Origin: Octopus bimaculoides
Lineage: Eukaryota
Direction: 5' to 3'
Length of the DNA stretch: 35,547 nucleotides
Assembly: GCF_001194135.2 (NCBI RefSeq)
Contig: NC_068996.1
Span: 14,997,787-15,033,333, forward strand
The notes under the pieces are model-generated. The model was given only the letters and a program-made list of their open reading frames with translations, did no database searches and was not told the DNA's origin. Below, one piece after another: positions 34,930 to 35,547 of this stretch. Every line of letters begins with the position of its first letter. Position 1 is the stretch's first letter. The translations under genes and the position numbers were made by a program.

Positions 34930-35482
34930 AGTACAAGGCATGTTTCTTACGCGCTTCGGTAAGCTCCTCTGGTACCTATCAGCGACTGATTTTATGGAAA
35001 CAAAGCGTTTTGTGGATGATTTTGTATGCAGAACCATGACTAATTTGCGGAGAACATGCCACGTCACCAATGGTCATTCGTCGGTTCTCTAGAACCATCT
35101 TCGAAGCTTGTTGAATCTTCACGTTAGTGGTAGAGCTTGATAGGCATTCTGCTCTATTTTCGTGCTTCACGCTAGTCCGACCATTTTTAAACTTCTCGGT
35201 TCACTTATTCACACTTCTACACAGCAGAGTGCTCTCCCCGTATTGTACAGAAAGACTGCAATGAAATTGAAACCCTGGCACATGTTCAGACCATAGAAAT
35301 CGGATCAATAATCTCTGTTCTTCCTTGATCACACACAGCCGGCGGAACGTTCCTTTCTCCTCTGTAACAGATGAACAGAAACTGGAGCGATGAAGGTGAA
35401 AGCTCGATTGCATTAGCACAAGGGTACGCCCAACCTGAAGTATTTTTCGGCGGAAGTGCGAATAAGTTTCGGTTTCCGCTCG
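34930..35482 (-). mobile_element. mariner transposase fossil, N-terminal HTH region
   Basis: Peptides EEQRLLIRFLWSE, EKFKNGRTS, MVLENRRMTI, QISHGSAYKIIH, VPEELTE; degenerate ACGAG-type terminus near 35482. Confidence 0.85.
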
Positions 35483-35511
35483 TGTGTGTGTATGTGTGTG
35501 TGTGTGTGTGT

Positions 35512-35547
<36 letters not shown>

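Overview
AT-rich eukaryotic non-coding DNA. It is most likely an intergenic or intronic window of an Octopus genome, judged from the SINE families recognised from memory and the AT/CA microsatellite load. Roughly 4 kb is assembly gaps, mostly bordered by (AT)n. No host gene, rRNA, tRNA gene or CRISPR array is supported, and most ORF-track entries are microsatellite or gap artefacts. The window is a layered transposon graveyard. It holds modular tRNA-derived SINEs (working labels A, B, C, E), two RTE LINE fragments, two L1/Tx1 3' fragments, three R4/Dong-type RLE-LINE fragments at (TAA)n arrays, and Penelope-like (PLE) remnants including hammerhead ribozyme folds and a GIY-YIG region. DNA transposons comprise a structurally complete DD37D (maT) element, two other Tc1/mariner fossils and hAT/pogo MITEs. 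Best leads: (1) minimal Penelope-type hammerheads with a non-A residue at core position 6, set in an inverted repeat; (2) a 550-bp (TAA)n-flanked non-coding element sharing a 3' motif with an R4/Dong LINE end; (3) strand-polarised use of TAA/TTA arrays by different retroelements; (4) module swapping among the SINEs. All family assignments come from manual translation and motif recognition, not database searches.
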